Below, in pieces: positions 53,102-64,000 of a stretch of 64,000 nt of DNA. Under the pieces are notes generated by a model. It ran no database searches. It was not told the DNA's origin and saw only the letters and a program-made list of their open reading frames with translations. The position numbers and the translations under genes are program-made. Location of the stretch: assembly GCA_963696385.1 (NCBI GenBank), contig CAVOKF010000007.1, positions 960,001 through 1,024,000 of the forward strand. Reading direction: 5' to 3'. The stretch's first letter is position 1; every line of letters begins with the position of its first letter. The stretch is from an uncultured delta proteobacterium (lineage in GTDB: Bacteria > Myxococcota_A > Polyangia > Polyangiales > Polyangiaceae).

Positions 53102-54789
53102 CTCGGCACGACCCCGCCTCGACGACCGAGACGGACTACGTGCGGATCTTCGATACGACGCTGCGCGACGGTGAGCAGTCGCCGGGCGCGACGATGACGT
53201 CGGCCGAAAAGCTCGAAATTGCCCGAGCCCTGGCGCGCCTCGGGGTCGACGTCATCGAGGCCGGCTTTCCCGCAGCGTCGTCCGACGACTTGGCGGCTGT
53301 GCGCGCGATTGCCGAGGCGGTAGGCGCCCAGTTCGTCGAGGGGCGGCCCGAGGACCTGCCCCCGATCGTGTGCGGGCTCGCACGCGCAAGCCGCGCAGAC
53401 ATCGACCGAGCGTGGGAAGCCGTGCGCCCCGCCGCGCGGCCGCGGATCCATGTGTTCTTGGCGACGTCCGATCTGCACATGAAGCACAAGCTTCGGATGA
53501 CGCGCGCGGACGTGCTTGGCCGGGTGGCGGACATGGTCAGCCACGCGAAGAGCTTGTGCAACGACGTGGAGTTCAGCGCCGAGGACGCCGGCCGTAGCGA
53601 ACCCGAGTTTCTCTTCGAGGCACTCGCGCGCGCCATACGCGCCGGCGCTACGACCTTGAACATCCCCGACACCGTCGGATACACGACCCCCGACGAATTC
53701 GGCGCGCTGATCCGGGCCGTTCGGGCGAACGTTCCAGGCGCCGACGGTGTCGTCATCTCGGTTCATTGCCACGACAATCTCGGTCTCGCGACCGCCAACA
53801 CGCTTGCCGGCATCGCCGCGGGCGCCCGGCAGGCGGAGGTGACGATCAACGGCATCGGCGAGCGCGCGGGAAACACGTCTCTGGAGGAGGTCGTGATGGC
53901 CCTAGCGACGAGGTCCACGAAGTTCGGGCTCCGAACGGGCATCGACTCGACCCAGCTCGTGCGGGTCAGCCGGCTCGTCAGCACCGTGACCGGGGTCGTC
54001 GTGCCCCCGAACAAGGCCATCGTTGGAGCGAACGCGTTTGCACACGAGTCGGGCATCCATCAAGACGGAATGCTCAAGCACCAGGCGACCTACGAGATCA
54101 TGCGCCCCGAGAGCGTCGGCGCAACGCAAACGCGACTCGTGCTCGGCAAGCATTCTGGCCGTGCCGCGCTCGCAGCGCGACTCGCAGAGCTCGGGTACAG
54201 CTTCGACGATGCCGCGCTGGACCGCATCTTTGCGCGATTCAAGGCGCTCGCCGATCGGCGCAAGTCGGTGGCCGACGCCGACCTCGAGGCGCTCGTCCAC
54301 GACGATGCCAAGCCGCAGGACGAGCTGTTCGCGCTCGAAGGGCTGCAGGTAGCGTGCGGGATGCAGGGAATGCCCACCGCTACGGTTCGCTTGCGCGGCC
54401 CCGACGGGCGCGTGCACGTGCACGCATCGGTGGGCACCGGGCCCGTGGACGCGGCCTACAAGGCCATCGATGCACTCATTCGAGCCCCCTCGGAACTCAT
54501 CGAGTTTTCGGTCCAATCGGTCACCGAGGGGATCGACGCCCTCGGCGAAGTGAGCGTGCGCGTTCGAGCGCTCTCGGAGCGGCACGCGCAGAAGGCACAG
54601 CGCGAAGTCGCGAGCGCACCCGTTTGCCACGGCAACGCCGCCGACACCGACATCATCGTGGCGAGCGCCAAGGCCTACCTCAAGGCGCTCAACCGGATGC
54701 TCGCGAGCCTCGGACAGGGCCGGGCTTCGAACAATCGCATGGCCGCAGCACCGGCCCCGACGGGCCCCGTAGAGGAGGGTCGTCCATGA
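53098..54789 (+). CDS. leuA: 2-isopropylmalate synthase
   Basis: [38 protein letters not shown] and a regulatory domain. Confidence 0.96.
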   Translation: MTRHDPASTTETDYVRIFDTTLRDGEQSPGATMTSAEKLEIARALARLGVDVIEAGFPAASSDDLAAVRAIAEAVGAQFVEGRPEDLPPIVCGLARASRADIDRAWEAVRPAARPRIHVFLATSDLHMKHKLRMTRADVLGRVADMVSHAKSLCNDVEFSAEDAGRSEPEFLFEALARAIRAGATTLNIPDTVGYTTPDEFGALIRAVRANVPGADGVVISVHCHDNLGLATANTLAGIAAGARQAEVTINGIGERAGNTSLEEVVMALATRSTKFGLRTGIDSTQLVRVSRLVSTVTGVVVPPNKAIVGANAFAHESGIHQDGMLKHQATYEIMRPESVGATQTRLVLGKHSGRAALAARLAELGYSFDDAALDRIFARFKALADRRKSVADADLEALVHDDAKPQDELFALEGLQVACGMQGMPTATVRLRGPDGRVHVHASVGTGPVDAAYKAIDALIRAPSELIEFSVQSVTEGIDALGEVSVRVRALSERHAQKAQREVASAPVCHGNAADTDIIVASAKAYLKALNRMLASLGQGRASNNRMAAAPAPTGPVEEGRP

Positions 54790-56213
54790 CGGAACCGAAG
54801 ACACTGTTCGACAAGGTTTGGAGCGCGCACGTCGTAAGAGAGGAGGCCTCTGCCCCGACGGTGCTGTACGTCGATCTTCATCTGGTTCACGAAGTGACGT
54901 CGCCGCAGGCGTTCGATGGACTGCGTAGCCGTGGGCTGCGGGTGCGCCGCCCCGACCGGACGTTCGCCACGATGGATCACTCGACGCCGACCTTGCCGCG
55001 AAAGCTCGCCGTCGTCGATCCCCAGGCGCAGGCGCAGCTCGCGAAGCTTCAGGCGAACTGCGCCGAGTTCGGCATTTGCCTGTACGACCTCGAATCGGCG
55101 GACCAGGGGATCGTACACGTCATCGGCCCAGAGCTCGGGCTTACCCAGCCTGGGCGGACCATCGTGTGCGGCGACAGCCACACGTCGACGCATGGCGCCT
55201 TCGGAGCGCTTGCGTTCGGGATCGGCACGAGTGAGGTCGAACACGTCTTGGCCGCCCAGTGTCTGCTGCAAAGCAAGCCCAAGACGCTCGAGGTGCGCGT
55301 CGACGGGTCGCTGTCGCCCGGGGTGGGGGCAAAGGACGTCATCTTGGCGCTGATCGCCAAGATCGGAACCGGGGGCGCGACGGGACACGTCATCGAATAC
55401 CGGGGCTCTGCGATCGATGCGCTCGATATGGAAGCGCGAATGACCATCTGCAACATGTCGATCGAGGCCGGCGCTCGCGCGGGCATGATCGCTCCGGACG
55501 AGGCGACGTTCGCCTGGCTCGACGGCCGCCGGTTCGCGCCGAAAGGCGACGCGTGGCGGACCGCCGTCGACCATTGGCGCACCCTCGGAAGCGACGAGGG
55601 CGCGAAGTTCGATGCCACCGTCACGCTCGACGCGACGGCGCTCGCGCCGATGATCACGTACGGAACGAACCCGGCCATGGCCATTCCCGTAACGGGGCGC
55701 GTCCCCGCGCTGGATTCCATGGGCAGTGCGTCCGACCGCGCGGCGCTCGCCAAGGCGCTCGACTACATGGGTCTTGTTCCAGGGGCGGCCATCGCGGGGC
55801 AGCGAGTCGACGTCGTCTTCATTGGGTCGTGTACCAACTCCCGACTGGGTGATCTGCGTGCGGCGGCAGACGTGATGCGTCATCGCAAGGTCGCGGCGGG
55901 CGTGCGCGTCCTGGTCGTTCCGGGATCGAAGGCCATCAAGCACCAAGCCGAAACCGAGGGCCTCGACGTCGTATTTCGCGATGCCGGCGCCGAGTGGCGT
56001 GAGGCCGGCTGCTCGATGTGCATCGCAATGAACGGCGACCAGCTCAGTCCGGGCCAATACGCCGTGAGCACCAGCAATCGAAATTTCGAGGGCCGTCAGG
56101 GGCGTGGGGGGCGAACACTGCTCGCCTCGCCGCTCACGGCCGCTGCGGCAGCGGTGACGGGCCGGGTCGTCGATCCGCGCACGTTGCTCGCACGCTCGGG
56201 AGGCAACACATGA
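54786..56213 (+). CDS. leuC: 3-isopropylmalate dehydratase large subunit
   Basis: [43 protein letters not shown]. Confidence 0.97.
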   Translation: MTEPKTLFDKVWSAHVVREEASAPTVLYVDLHLVHEVTSPQAFDGLRSRGLRVRRPDRTFATMDHSTPTLPRKLAVVDPQAQAQLAKLQANCAEFGICLYDLESADQGIVHVIGPELGLTQPGRTIVCGDSHTSTHGAFGALAFGIGTSEVEHVLAAQCLLQSKPKTLEVRVDGSLSPGVGAKDVILALIAKIGTGGATGHVIEYRGSAIDALDMEARMTICNMSIEAGARAGMIAPDEATFAWLDGRRFAPKGDAWRTAVDHWRTLGSDEGAKFDATVTLDATALAPMITYGTNPAMAIPVTGRVPALDSMGSASDRAALAKALDYMGLVPGAAIAGQRVDVVFIGSCTNSRLGDLRAAADVMRHRKVAAGVRVLVVPGSKAIKHQAETEGLDVVFRDAGAEWREAGCSMCIAMNGDQLSPGQYAVSTSNRNFEGRQGRGGRTLLASPLTAAAAAVTGRVVDPRTLLARSGGNT

Positions 56214-56812
56214 CCATCGAAGCGCGTACGCCGTTTACATCGTTGACCTCGACGTACGTCCTGCTGCCGGTGGACAACGTCGACACGGACCAGATCATCC
56301 CGGCGCGCTTTCTCAAGGTGACCGACAAGCGTGGGCTTGGCGCAAGCGTGTTCGCCGACTGGCGCTTGCGGCAGGATGGGACGCCGGATCCCGACTTCCC
56401 GCTCAACCGCCCGGACGCGGCCGGCGCAGAGATCCTGGTGGCGGGTGCCAACTTTGGCTGCGGTTCCTCGCGCGAGCATGCCCCGTGGGCACTCGTGGGC
56501 TGGGGCCTTCGTGCCATCGTGGCACCGTCGTTCGCCGATATTTTCAAGCAGAACGCGATGAAGAACGGCCTCCTTCCGGTCGCCGTCGACGCGGTCGTCC
56601 ACGCTCGCGTGGTCGCCGCGCGACGCGCCGATTCGCGCGCCCGCCTCACGGTCGATCTGCCGGCTCAAAGACTGTCGCTCGACGGCAAGCCCATCGCGCA
56701 GTTCGGCATCGATCCGTTCGCCAAAGAGTGTCTCGTGCACGGCATCGACGAGCTCGGGTACCTGCTCGACCGCGTCGGGGACATCGATCGTTATGAAGCC
56801 AGTCACCCCTGA
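56210..56812 (+). CDS. leuD: 3-isopropylmalate dehydratase small subunit
   Basis: [13 protein letters not shown] and [15 protein letters not shown]. Confidence 0.97.
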   Translation: MTIEARTPFTSLTSTYVLLPVDNVDTDQIIPARFLKVTDKRGLGASVFADWRLRQDGTPDPDFPLNRPDAAGAEILVAGANFGCGSSREHAPWALVGWGLRAIVAPSFADIFKQNAMKNGLLPVAVDAVVHARVVAARRADSRARLTVDLPAQRLSLDGKPIAQFGIDPFAKECLVHGIDELGYLLDRVGDIDRYEASHP

Positions 56813-58397
56813 ATCGATCCACCTCTACGACACGACGCTGCGCGACGGATCGCAGCGCGAAGGGGTGAGCTTGTCGGCGCTCGACAAAATTCACATCGCG
56901 CGCATCCTCGATAGGCTCGGAATCGATTTCATCGAACTCGGATGGCCGGGCTCGAATCCCAAAGACGTCGAAGCATTCGAACGTGCGCGGGACATTCAGT
57001 GGGAAAACGCCACGATCGCGGCGTTCGGCTCCACGCGACGCGCGGGCACCACGGCAGAGGACGACCCCCAAGTGGCCGCGCTGTTGGCGACGGGCGCACC
57101 CGTCTGCACCATCGTCGGCAAATCGTCGCTTTTCCAGGTTCGCGAGGTGCTGCGCGTCAGCGCCGACGAGAACCTGAGAATGATCGCCGAAACGGTGACC
57201 TTTCTCGTGAGCCGCGGGCGCCGGGTCGTCTACGATGCCGAACACTTCTTCGACGGCTGCCGGGCTGACGCCTCTTTCGCGATGGAAACGCTGCGGGTTG
57301 CGGCAGGCGCCGGCGCCGAGGTGGTCGTGCTTTGCGACTCCAACGGGGGCACTCTTCCCTGGGAGATCGAGCAACGTGTTCGAACGGTCACCCGCGATCT
57401 CGCCAGCCCCGTCGGCATCCACGCCCACGACGATACGGGCTGCGGCGTAGCCAATTCGCTGGCCGCGGTCATGGGTGGCGCCGCGCACGTGCAGGGGACC
57501 ATGAACGGCTACGGCGAAAGGTGCGGCAACGCCAACATTTGCACGATCGCACCCACGCTGGAGCTCAAGCTCGGGCGACGCTGTTTGCGCGACGGGGCCT
57601 TGGTCGAGCTCACTCACGCCGCACGCGAAGTCGCCGAGATCGCCAACATGGCGCCGGACGCGCACGCACCGTACGTGGGTCGCAGCGCCTTCGCGCACAA
57701 GGGTGGAATTCACGTAGCCGCGATTCGGCGCCATCCTCGGGCCTACGAGCACGTCGACCCGGCGCTCGTGGGCAACCGTACGCGCGTAGTGGTGAGCGAG
57801 CTGTCGGGGCGCGGAAACGTGATCGCAAAAGCCGAAGAGTACGGCGTGACACTGGAAGGCGGCGGGGATCAGGCCGTCTTGCGCGGCGTCAAGGAGCTCG
57901 AAGCGCGCGGCTACGCCTTCGAGTCGGCGGACGCGTCGATCGCGCTGCTCATGCGCCGGCAGTTGCCGGGCTACACGCCTCCCTTCGATCTGCTCGATTA
58001 CAAGGTGATCGTCCACAAACGAGCGTCCGACGACTCGTACGCCGATGCAGCCATCAAGATTCGCGTCCAAGGCAAGGCCGTGCACACCGCGGCCGAAGGC
58101 AACGGGCCGGTGAGCGCGCTGGACGCGGCGCTGCGCAAGGCACTTTCCGGGGCCTATCCGGAGGTCAACCGCATCCGGCTCGAGGACTACAAGGTCCGCA
58201 TTCTGGACGGTGTGGTGGGCACGTCCGCTACGGTGCGCGTCCTCATCGAAAACGGCTTCGGCGAGGAGCGGTGGACTACGGTCGGCGCATCTTCGGACGT
58301 GATCGAGGCCTCGTGGCTCGCGCTCGTCGACGGGATCGAATACGGATTGGCCATCGCGCGGGACGGGGCAAACCGGATGAGGGTGCTAGAGACATGA
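56793..58397 (+). CDS. cimA: Citramalate synthase (CimA-type LeuA paralog)
   Basis: [54 protein letters not shown]. Confidence 0.9.
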   Translation: MKPVTPESIHLYDTTLRDGSQREGVSLSALDKIHIARILDRLGIDFIELGWPGSNPKDVEAFERARDIQWENATIAAFGSTRRAGTTAEDDPQVAALLATGAPVCTIVGKSSLFQVREVLRVSADENLRMIAETVTFLVSRGRRVVYDAEHFFDGCRADASFAMETLRVAAGAGAEVVVLCDSNGGTLPWEIEQRVRTVTRDLASPVGIHAHDDTGCGVANSLAAVMGGAAHVQGTMNGYGERCGNANICTIAPTLELKLGRRCLRDGALVELTHAAREVAEIANMAPDAHAPYVGRSAFAHKGGIHVAAIRRHPRAYEHVDPALVGNRTRVVVSELSGRGNVIAKAEEYGVTLEGGGDQAVLRGVKELEARGYAFESADASIALLMRRQLPGYTPPFDLLDYKVIVHKRASDDSYADAAIKIRVQGKAVHTAAEGNGPVSALDAALRKALSGAYPEVNRIRLEDYKVRILDGVVGTSATVRVLIENGFGEERWTTVGASSDVIEASWLALVDGIEYGLAIARDGANRMRVLET

Positions 58398-59461
58398 TGG
58401 CGAACTTGGTTCTCCTCGCGGGTGATGGCATCGGTCCGGAGATTGTCGCCGAAGGCCGGCGCGTGCTCGAGCGGATTGCCGCTCGATTCGGACACCGATT
58501 CGAGTTCTCCGAACAACGGATCGGCGGCGCGGCGATCGACGCCACGGGAGACCCGCTGCCTGCCGAGACCCTGTCGGCCTGCCGCGGCGCCGATGCGATT
58601 CTGCTCGGCGCCGTCGGCGGCCCGAAGTGGGACGACCCTCGCGCGACAATCCGCCCGGAGCAGGGGCTGCTCGGCATACGTCGCGCACTCGGTCTGTACG
58701 CGAATCTTCGGCCGGTCCGTGTGCACCCGGCGCTCGCCGACACGTCCCCCCTCAAGCCGGAGCGGATCGAAGGGGTCGATATCCTATTCGTGCGCGAACT
58801 CACCGGTGGATTGTATTTCGGCAAGCCACGCCTGCGCGAGACCGTGGGGGGTCGGACCCGCGCCGTCGACACGCTGGAGTACACGGACGAGGAGATCCGC
58901 CGTGTGGTGCGACTGGCCTTTCGGCTCGCCGCTGGACGGCGCAAACTGGTCACCTCCGTCGACAAGGCAAACGTGCTCGAGTCGTCGCGCTTGTGGCGTG
59001 AGATCGCCATCGAGGTGGGGGCCCAAGAACCGGCGGTACGGCTCGAGCATCAGCTGGTCGATTCCTGCGCGATGCGGCTTTTGACCGCCCCCAAGGGGTT
59101 CGACGTGGTCGTGACGGAGAACATGTTCGGCGACATCTTGACCGACGAAGCCGCGGTACTGGCCGGCTCGCTCGGCCTTCTGCCGAGCGCGTCGCTCGGC
59201 GAGGGAACACGCGGCCTGTACGAGCCGATCCATGGATCCGCACCGGACATCGCAGGAAGAGGAATCGCCAACCCGCTGGGTACGATCATGAGCGTCGCCA
59301 TGCTGCTTCGCCACTCCTTGGGGCTCGAGAGCGAGGCACGCGCCGTCGAAGGTGCGGTCGACTCCGCGATCACGGCCGGCGCGCGCACCGGAGACATGAG
59401 TCGCGATCACCCGATCTCGACTCGGGAGATGGGCAGCGCCGTCTGCGACGGCATTCGATGA
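58394..59461 (+). CDS. leuB: 3-isopropylmalate dehydrogenase
   Basis: [39 protein letters not shown]. Confidence 0.97.
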   Translation: MMANLVLLAGDGIGPEIVAEGRRVLERIAARFGHRFEFSEQRIGGAAIDATGDPLPAETLSACRGADAILLGAVGGPKWDDPRATIRPEQGLLGIRRALGLYANLRPVRVHPALADTSPLKPERIEGVDILFVRELTGGLYFGKPRLRETVGGRTRAVDTLEYTDEEIRRVVRLAFRLAAGRRKLVTSVDKANVLESSRLWREIAIEVGAQEPAVRLEHQLVDSCAMRLLTAPKGFDVVVTENMFGDILTDEAAVLAGSLGLLPSASLGEGTRGLYEPIHGSAPDIAGRGIANPLGTIMSVAMLLRHSLGLESEARAVEGAVDSAITAGARTGDMSRDHPISTREMGSAVCDGIR

Positions 59462-59528
59462 ACGAACCGCTCCGCGTGCCTTTGCGGGACGGACCGAGTG
59501 TGGCATGGTGCCCAGGCGATCCGAACGC

Positions 59529-59600
59529 GGTGAGGTAGCCAAGTGGTCAGGCAGCGGATTGCAAATCCGTTATACGTGGGTTCGAATCCCATCCTCACCT
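59529..59600 (+). tRNA. tRNA-Cys (GCA); CCA not encoded
   Basis: Acceptor stem GGTGAGG/CCTCACC, anticodon arm GCGGA-TTGCAAA-TCCGT, T arm GTGGG-TTCGAAT-CCCAT, discriminator U. Confidence 0.96.
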
Positions 59601-59721
59601 CCCGACCGATTTCTGGCGGCCGTGACACGGTTCGATGGTGTCCGATACGGCGCTCACCACGCGAGGTCGTATGCCCCGCAAGCCGGATCGCCGCGTGTGA
59701 CGCGGCGCGGGACTAGGCCCG

Positions 59722-60372
59722 ATGCTGCAGGCGCTTCTCTTCGACATGAACGGAGTCATCGTCGACGACATGCCGTTTCACGAACGCGCATGGATGGCGC
59801 TCGCCGCACGGCACGGCCGCACGCTGACTCCGGACGAATTTCGGCGTGAAATGAGCGGCCGGCGGAACCGCGACAACATCCGTCACATTTTCGGCGAGGC
59901 CCTCTCGGACTGGCAAGTGCACGCCTATCAGCTCGAAAAGGAAGAGGCCTACCGCGAAGCGTATCGCCCGCTTCGGGCGCCGCTCCCCGGGCTCGTCCCC
60001 TTCCTCGTCGAAGCGCGCGCGGCCGGGCTGCGAATTGCCGTGGCAACGTCAGCTCCGAAGGACAACATCGACTTCGTGCTCGATGGGCTCGACCTCCGAC
60101 GGCAATTCGACGTCGTCGTGGGCGAAGCAGAAGTCACACGCAGCAAGCCCGATCCGGAGATCTACCTGACAGCGGCGTCGCGGTTGGGCGTGGGTTCCTC
60201 CGGATGCATCGTGTTCGAAGACTCACTTGCGGGCATCGCGTCCGGGCTCGCGGGCGGCATGCCGGTGGTCGGGGTGACGACCACGCACACGGCGGACGAG
60301 CTTCGCGACTGCGCACTCGTCATCGCCGATTTTCGCGACCTGACGATCGCCGAGATCTCCCGCCTTGCGTAG
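59722..60372 (+). CDS. HAD-superfamily phosphatase (beta-PGM/CbbY-like)
   Basis: FDMNGVIVD, VATSA, KPDPEIY, VFEDS. Confidence 0.9.
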   Translation: MLQALLFDMNGVIVDDMPFHERAWMALAARHGRTLTPDEFRREMSGRRNRDNIRHIFGEALSDWQVHAYQLEKEEAYREAYRPLRAPLPGLVPFLVEARAAGLRIAVATSAPKDNIDFVLDGLDLRRQFDVVVGEAEVTRSKPDPEIYLTAASRLGVGSSGCIVFEDSLAGIASGLAGGMPVVGVTTTHTADELRDCALVIADFRDLTIAEISRLA

Positions 60373-60432
60373 CTTGGGCCAAACCGCTTCGGGACTCGAC
60401 TTCCGACGGCCTCGGGCGCAAAGCCGCCTCCT

Positions 60433-61443
60433 CTAGGCGCACTCCAGAACGGCAGACCCTCGGACCTCGCCGCGGGCGAGCCGGTCGAGCGCGACGTTCG
60501 CGTCCGCCAGAGGGTACACCTCGCGCTCCGTTCGCACGGGAATGCGCGCGGCGAGATCGAGGAATTCGACGGCGTCCTGTCGCGTGAAGTTCGCCACGCT
60601 CCGCAGCGATCGCTCCCACCACAGATCCGCGTACGGCATCTCGGGCAAGCGGTCGAGATGGATGGCGTTGATGGCGACGGAGCCTCCGCGATCCACGGCG
60701 CGAAGCGCGGCCGCAACGACGCTCCCCGCCGGCGCAAACGTGATCGCGGCATCGAGCGGCTCCGGAGGCCTGTCGTCGTATCCGCCGGCCCATTCGGCCC
60801 CGAGACCGAGAGCGCGGGCGCGCTCGACCCCCGAGCGGGTGCACACGAAGACGCGACAGCCCCAATGACGCGCGACCTGCACGGCGAGCGTCGCGGATGC
60901 GCCGAAACCATAGAGACCGAGCCGCCCGCCCGGCCGAATCCCACTCACCTTGAGCGATCGATAACCGATGACCCCACCGCACAGCAGAGGGGCCGCATCG
61001 AGGTCGGCGAATCCGTCGGGCAGCTTCAGCGCGAAGTCGGCGCGCGCGACGGCCATGCCCGCGTACCCTCCGTCTCGGTCCCAGCCCGTGAACTCGGCGG
61101 CCTCGCACAGGTTCTCTCGCCCGTCGCGGCACTGGGGGCACGATCCGTCCGTTCCAGCAAGCCACGCCACGCCGGCTCGTTCGCCTTCGCGCCAGCCCTC
61201 GACGCCGCTGCCGATGGCCTCGACGCGACCGACGATCTGGTGTCCGGGAACGATCGGAAGCCGGCGAGCAACGATTTCGCCCTGGCAGATCTGCAAGTCG
61301 GTGCGACAGACGGCGCAGGCCGCCACCCGGAGCAGAATCTCGCCTCTGCCGGGCGCGGGAACGCTTCGTTCGACCGCACGGAGGGGATGGGCGCTCGAGG
61401 CGACCGGCTGGTCGAGCTGCATGACGCGCATCGAAAGACTCAT
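60433..61443 (-). CDS. Zinc-dependent alcohol dehydrogenase family protein
   Basis: CAVCRTDL, PGHQIVG, APLLCGGVIGY, GLYGFGAS. Confidence 0.92.
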   Translation of the reverse strand: MSLSMRVMQLDQPVASSAHPLRAVERSVPAPGRGEILLRVAACAVCRTDLQICQGEIVARRLPIVPGHQIVGRVEAIGSGVEGWREGERAGVAWLAGTDGSCPQCRDGRENLCEAAEFTGWDRDGGYAGMAVARADFALKLPDGFADLDAAPLLCGGVIGYRSLKVSGIRPGGRLGLYGFGASATLAVQVARHWGCRVFVCTRSGVERARALGLGAEWAGGYDDRPPEPLDAAITFAPAGSVVAAALRAVDRGGSVAINAIHLDRLPEMPYADLWWERSLRSVANFTRQDAVEFLDLAARIPVRTEREVYPLADANVALDRLARGEVRGSAVLECA

Positions 61444-62132
61444 GACGAGCGCCGTGGCAAACGCTTGCGCTCGAGACGCCGAACTCCGCCGCCCTCGGCG
61501 ACGAGCACGACGTCGGCCCGACCGATGAAGAGCCCGGCCTCGACGACACCCGGGATGGAATGCAGCGCGCGATCCAATTCGAATGCGTCGTCGATGGGCC
61601 CGGTATTCAAATCATAAATGAAATTGCCCGCGTCCGTCCGGAATGGCTTACCGCCGGACATGCGGAAGATGGGTTGTCCGAAACTCGCGAGATGCACCGA
61701 AGTCGTCACGTGGGCGAATGGCAATACCTCGACGGGAACCGCGCGGCGCTCGCCGAGCCGCGCCGACATCTTGGTCGCGTCGACGATCACGATGTTCCGC
61801 ACCGACGCGTAGTTGACGATCTTCTCTCGCGCGTGAGCACCGCCGCCACCCTTGATGAGATCGAGCTCTGCACTCACTTCGTCGGCGCCATCGACGGTGA
61901 CGTCGATCGACCATGGGCCGTCGTCCGCCAAGAGCGGAATCCCCAGACTGGCCGCGTGGATCCGCGTGGACTCGGACGTGGGCACACCCACGATGCGGAG
62001 TCCGTCGCGAACGCGGGCCCCGAGCTCTTCCACGAATAGCTGTGCTGTCGAGCCCGTGCCCAGGCCGATGATGCGGCTCTCGCCGATCTCGCCCAAGGCC
62101 GCACGCGCAGCCATTCGCTTCACGTCGATCAT
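61440..62132 (-). CDS. rpiA: Ribose-5-phosphate isomerase A
   Basis: GLGTGST, DGADEV, LIKGGGGAHAREK, TDAGN. Confidence 0.96.
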   Translation of the reverse strand: MIDVKRMAARAALGEIGESRIIGLGTGSTAQLFVEELGARVRDGLRIVGVPTSESTRIHAASLGIPLLADDGPWSIDVTVDGADEVSAELDLIKGGGGAHAREKIVNYASVRNIVIVDATKMSARLGERRAVPVEVLPFAHVTTSVHLASFGQPIFRMSGGKPFRTDAGNFIYDLNTGPIDDAFELDRALHSIPGVVEAGLFIGRADVVLVAEGGGVRRLERKRLPRRSS

Positions 62133-62407
62133 CGAAGCTCGGACGTCTACTTCCGGGTCGGGCCCGCGTCCACAGCCCGGCTCACGGGCCTCGCACGCCC
62201 GGAGACGTCGGAAAGAAATGGAGAGCCAACGAACGAGCCCTTTACGCCCAAACGGCAGTGGTTACTTGTGGAATGAGCTCGAGACGACGTGCCAGATCGG
62301 CCGCGTTCAAGCGGAGGCCGTGAGAATCGCGCGTTTCTGGGGCGTCATGCGCCGTGCGGGCCATGGCTGCCCCATGGCTTGCCGCTCACACACAAGGAGG
62401 GATTGCC

Positions 62408-62872
62408 ATGATCGCGGGATGGAAGGACTTGGATGACACGTTTCGGGCGCTGAGCTTGCTGCAGCGCGGAATCGATCACGTATTCGACGATTGGAACGGC
62501 AAAGCCGCAAGGCCCGTACTCGATCCCGTTCGTCGCGCCTCGCATACGGTGGGGCCGCCGATCAACGCCTTCGAGACCAAGGATAGCTTCGTCTACAAGG
62601 CTCGGGTTCCGGGGCTGGCCGAGGGAGACCTATCCGTTTACGTCGAGGACGGGTCGCTCATCCTGCGTGGCGAGTGCAAGAGCGATGTCCCCGATGGCTA
62701 CGAAGTGCGGTTGCGCGAAAGGGTGCCCCTGGCGTTCGCGCGCACGTTGCCCTTGCCGGGGCGCGTGGAGGCCGATGCCGTCACCGCCACGATGAAGGAT
62801 GGAATTTTGACGATCACCCTTCCAAAGGCGAAGGAAACGCTTCCCCGCCAGATTGCCGTAAAGGCGCTTTGA
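62408..62872 (+). CDS. Hsp20/alpha-crystallin small heat shock protein
   Basis: AAGGAGG RBS; VPGL, FARTLPLP, ATMKDGILTITLPK, RQIAV. Confidence 0.92.
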   Translation: MIAGWKDLDDTFRALSLLQRGIDHVFDDWNGKAARPVLDPVRRASHTVGPPINAFETKDSFVYKARVPGLAEGDLSVYVEDGSLILRGECKSDVPDGYEVRLRERVPLAFARTLPLPGRVEADAVTATMKDGILTITLPKAKETLPRQIAVKAL

Positions 62873-62911
62873 TCGAACGTTTCATGTGAGTTCATGTGAG
62901 GAGGATGAGTC

Positions 62912-63298
62912 ATGAATGCAGTCGCACTTCGAGAAGGTGATGGGGGCACTCCGAGAACTAGTGTGTTCGCACGCGAGATTGTCCCGGCGGTGGACGTTTT
63001 CGAAAACGGGGACGAAATTATTGTCGTCGCGGACATTCCGGGCCTTCCGGGCGAAGCGATCGACGTCCGCGTCGAGGGCAGCACGCTGACCGTCGAGGGC
63101 AAGCCTCGACCCACGGAGCAGTCTGCCCCGGCGTTCGTACGGGAATACGATGACGTGAGCTTCAGTCGTACGTTCCGCATTCCCGCCGGGATCGACACCG
63201 CCTCCATCCGAGCCGATACCAAACAGGGAACGGTGTTCATTCGCTTGCCGAAATTGGCGGCGTCCAAGCCCCGCAAGATCGCCGTTCGATCGGACTGA
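62912..63298 (+). CDS. Hsp20/alpha-crystallin small heat shock protein
   Basis: GAGGAGG RBS; PAVDVFE, ADIPG, FSRTFRIP, KPRKIAV. Confidence 0.92.
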   Translation: MNAVALREGDGGTPRTSVFAREIVPAVDVFENGDEIIVVADIPGLPGEAIDVRVEGSTLTVEGKPRPTEQSAPAFVREYDDVSFSRTFRIPAGIDTASIRADTKQGTVFIRLPKLAASKPRKIAVRSD

Positions 63299-63488
63299 GG
63301 GGCGGTCCGGTTCGCTCTCGGCGCATGGGAGACCACGGCGATCCGGCGCGAGGGGCGATCGGAGCGCGGTCGAGCTAAGCTCGCGCGACAGACGCGTCGA
63401 CGATTTGGATCCGATCCGCTCGAGTCGCTCGGAGGGCCGCGCCGTGAGTGCACAACCGGTTTTGTTCACCGTCGCGTTCCGAAGAAAA

Positions 63489-64000
63489 ATGGCCGAGCTG
63501 CGTCTCGATCAAAGGCGAGAGTGGCTCGTGTCCCTCGCGCATCGACTGGCGAAGGCGGACGAGCATCAGGCCGCGCTGCTCGCCCCAGAGCTGCGCGAGG
63601 TCGCGCGCGGCTGCAGACTGGCTTTGGTCGATGCAGTGGCCAAGCAGCTCGGACCGTTCGATCCTCGTCATCTCGATGCGCTCCTCGAGGTACCGCGGGA
63701 GAGGTTCGTTCAGCCCGTCGACATCGAGCGCAGTGCCGACGACATCCCGCTTCCTCTGGACGCCAGTGGACTCGCCACCATCAGTGCACCGCACGCCTAT
63801 TTGTTGTCGTACCGACTGCTCGGTCTCGCGCCCGGCGATCGTCTTGTCGAACTCGGGACCGGCTCCGGGTACGGCGCAGCCCTGGCGGCGTTCATCGTCG
63901 GACCCGAGGGTCGAGTTCTGACATTCGAGATCGATCCCAATCTCGCGTCCTTGGGGCGGGTCTCACTTCGCGGCGATTCGAACGTGGAGGTCGTCGTGGC
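63489..64000 (+). CDS. pcm: Protein-L-isoaspartate O-methyltransferase-like (3' end runs off window)
   Basis: Manual translation from ATG 63489: EVPRERFV, ATISAPHAY, GDRLVELGTGSGYGAAL, VLTFEID. Confidence 0.85.
   Translation, partial: MAELRLDQRREWLVSLAHRLAKADEHQAALLAPELREVARGCRLALVDAVAKQLGPFDPRHLDALLEVPRERFVQPVDIERSADDIPLPLDASGLATISAPHAYLLSYRLLGLAPGDRLVELGTGSGYGAALAAFIVGPEGRVLTFEIDPNLASLGRVSLRGDSNVEVVV

Noticed and set aside
62364..62382. Sigma32 or sigma54 promoter for Hsp20 genes
   Set aside because: CCCCAT is present without a CTTGAA -35, and the sigma54 match is weak; no CIRCE element seen.
63375..63921. ORF-track calls 63375..63794 (-) and 63448..63921 (+)
   Set aside because: Both overlap the pcm-like frame starting at 63489, which has clear methyltransferase motifs.

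Overview
GC-rich bacterial chromosomal segment, most likely Myxococcota (Polyangiaceae-like). The assignment rests on a MYXO-CTERM protein, a PEGA-type Ser/Thr kinase, pilMNOPQ, DUF1844 and DUF4912 genes. It is mostly core genome. Left third: gltB (partial), a KirBac K+ channel, pilMNOPQ, a LysM/M15 peptidase, a FliA/WhiG sigma factor, lolD, folP-cdaA-cdaR and an acyl-CoA dehydrogenase. Middle: ribF, holA, ribA, a frameshifted tandem Ddl-like ATP-grasp gene, xseB, htrA, slyD, a MacAB-type exporter, lolE, lysS, prfB (programmed frameshift) and serS. Right third: an ilvD-ilvBN-ilvC-leuA-leuCD-cimA-leuB operon, tRNA-Cys, rpiA, two Hsp20 genes and pcm (partial). I saw no integrase, transposase, CRISPR array or defence system. 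The most notable unannotated signals are: (1) a Val/Ile/Leu-rich leader peptide with a terminator/antiterminator ahead of the ilv-leu operon; (2) a sigma54 promoter, IHF-like site and palindrome upstream of an orphan sigma28-like gene; (3) a fused dead+active double ATP-grasp ligase; (4) a duplicated cdaR 3' end converted into a hairpin; (5) a (CCCCGA)n array beside the prfB promoter; (6) lolD and lolE separated as if by a 24-kb inversion. All calls come from reading the sequence by eye; no searches were run.
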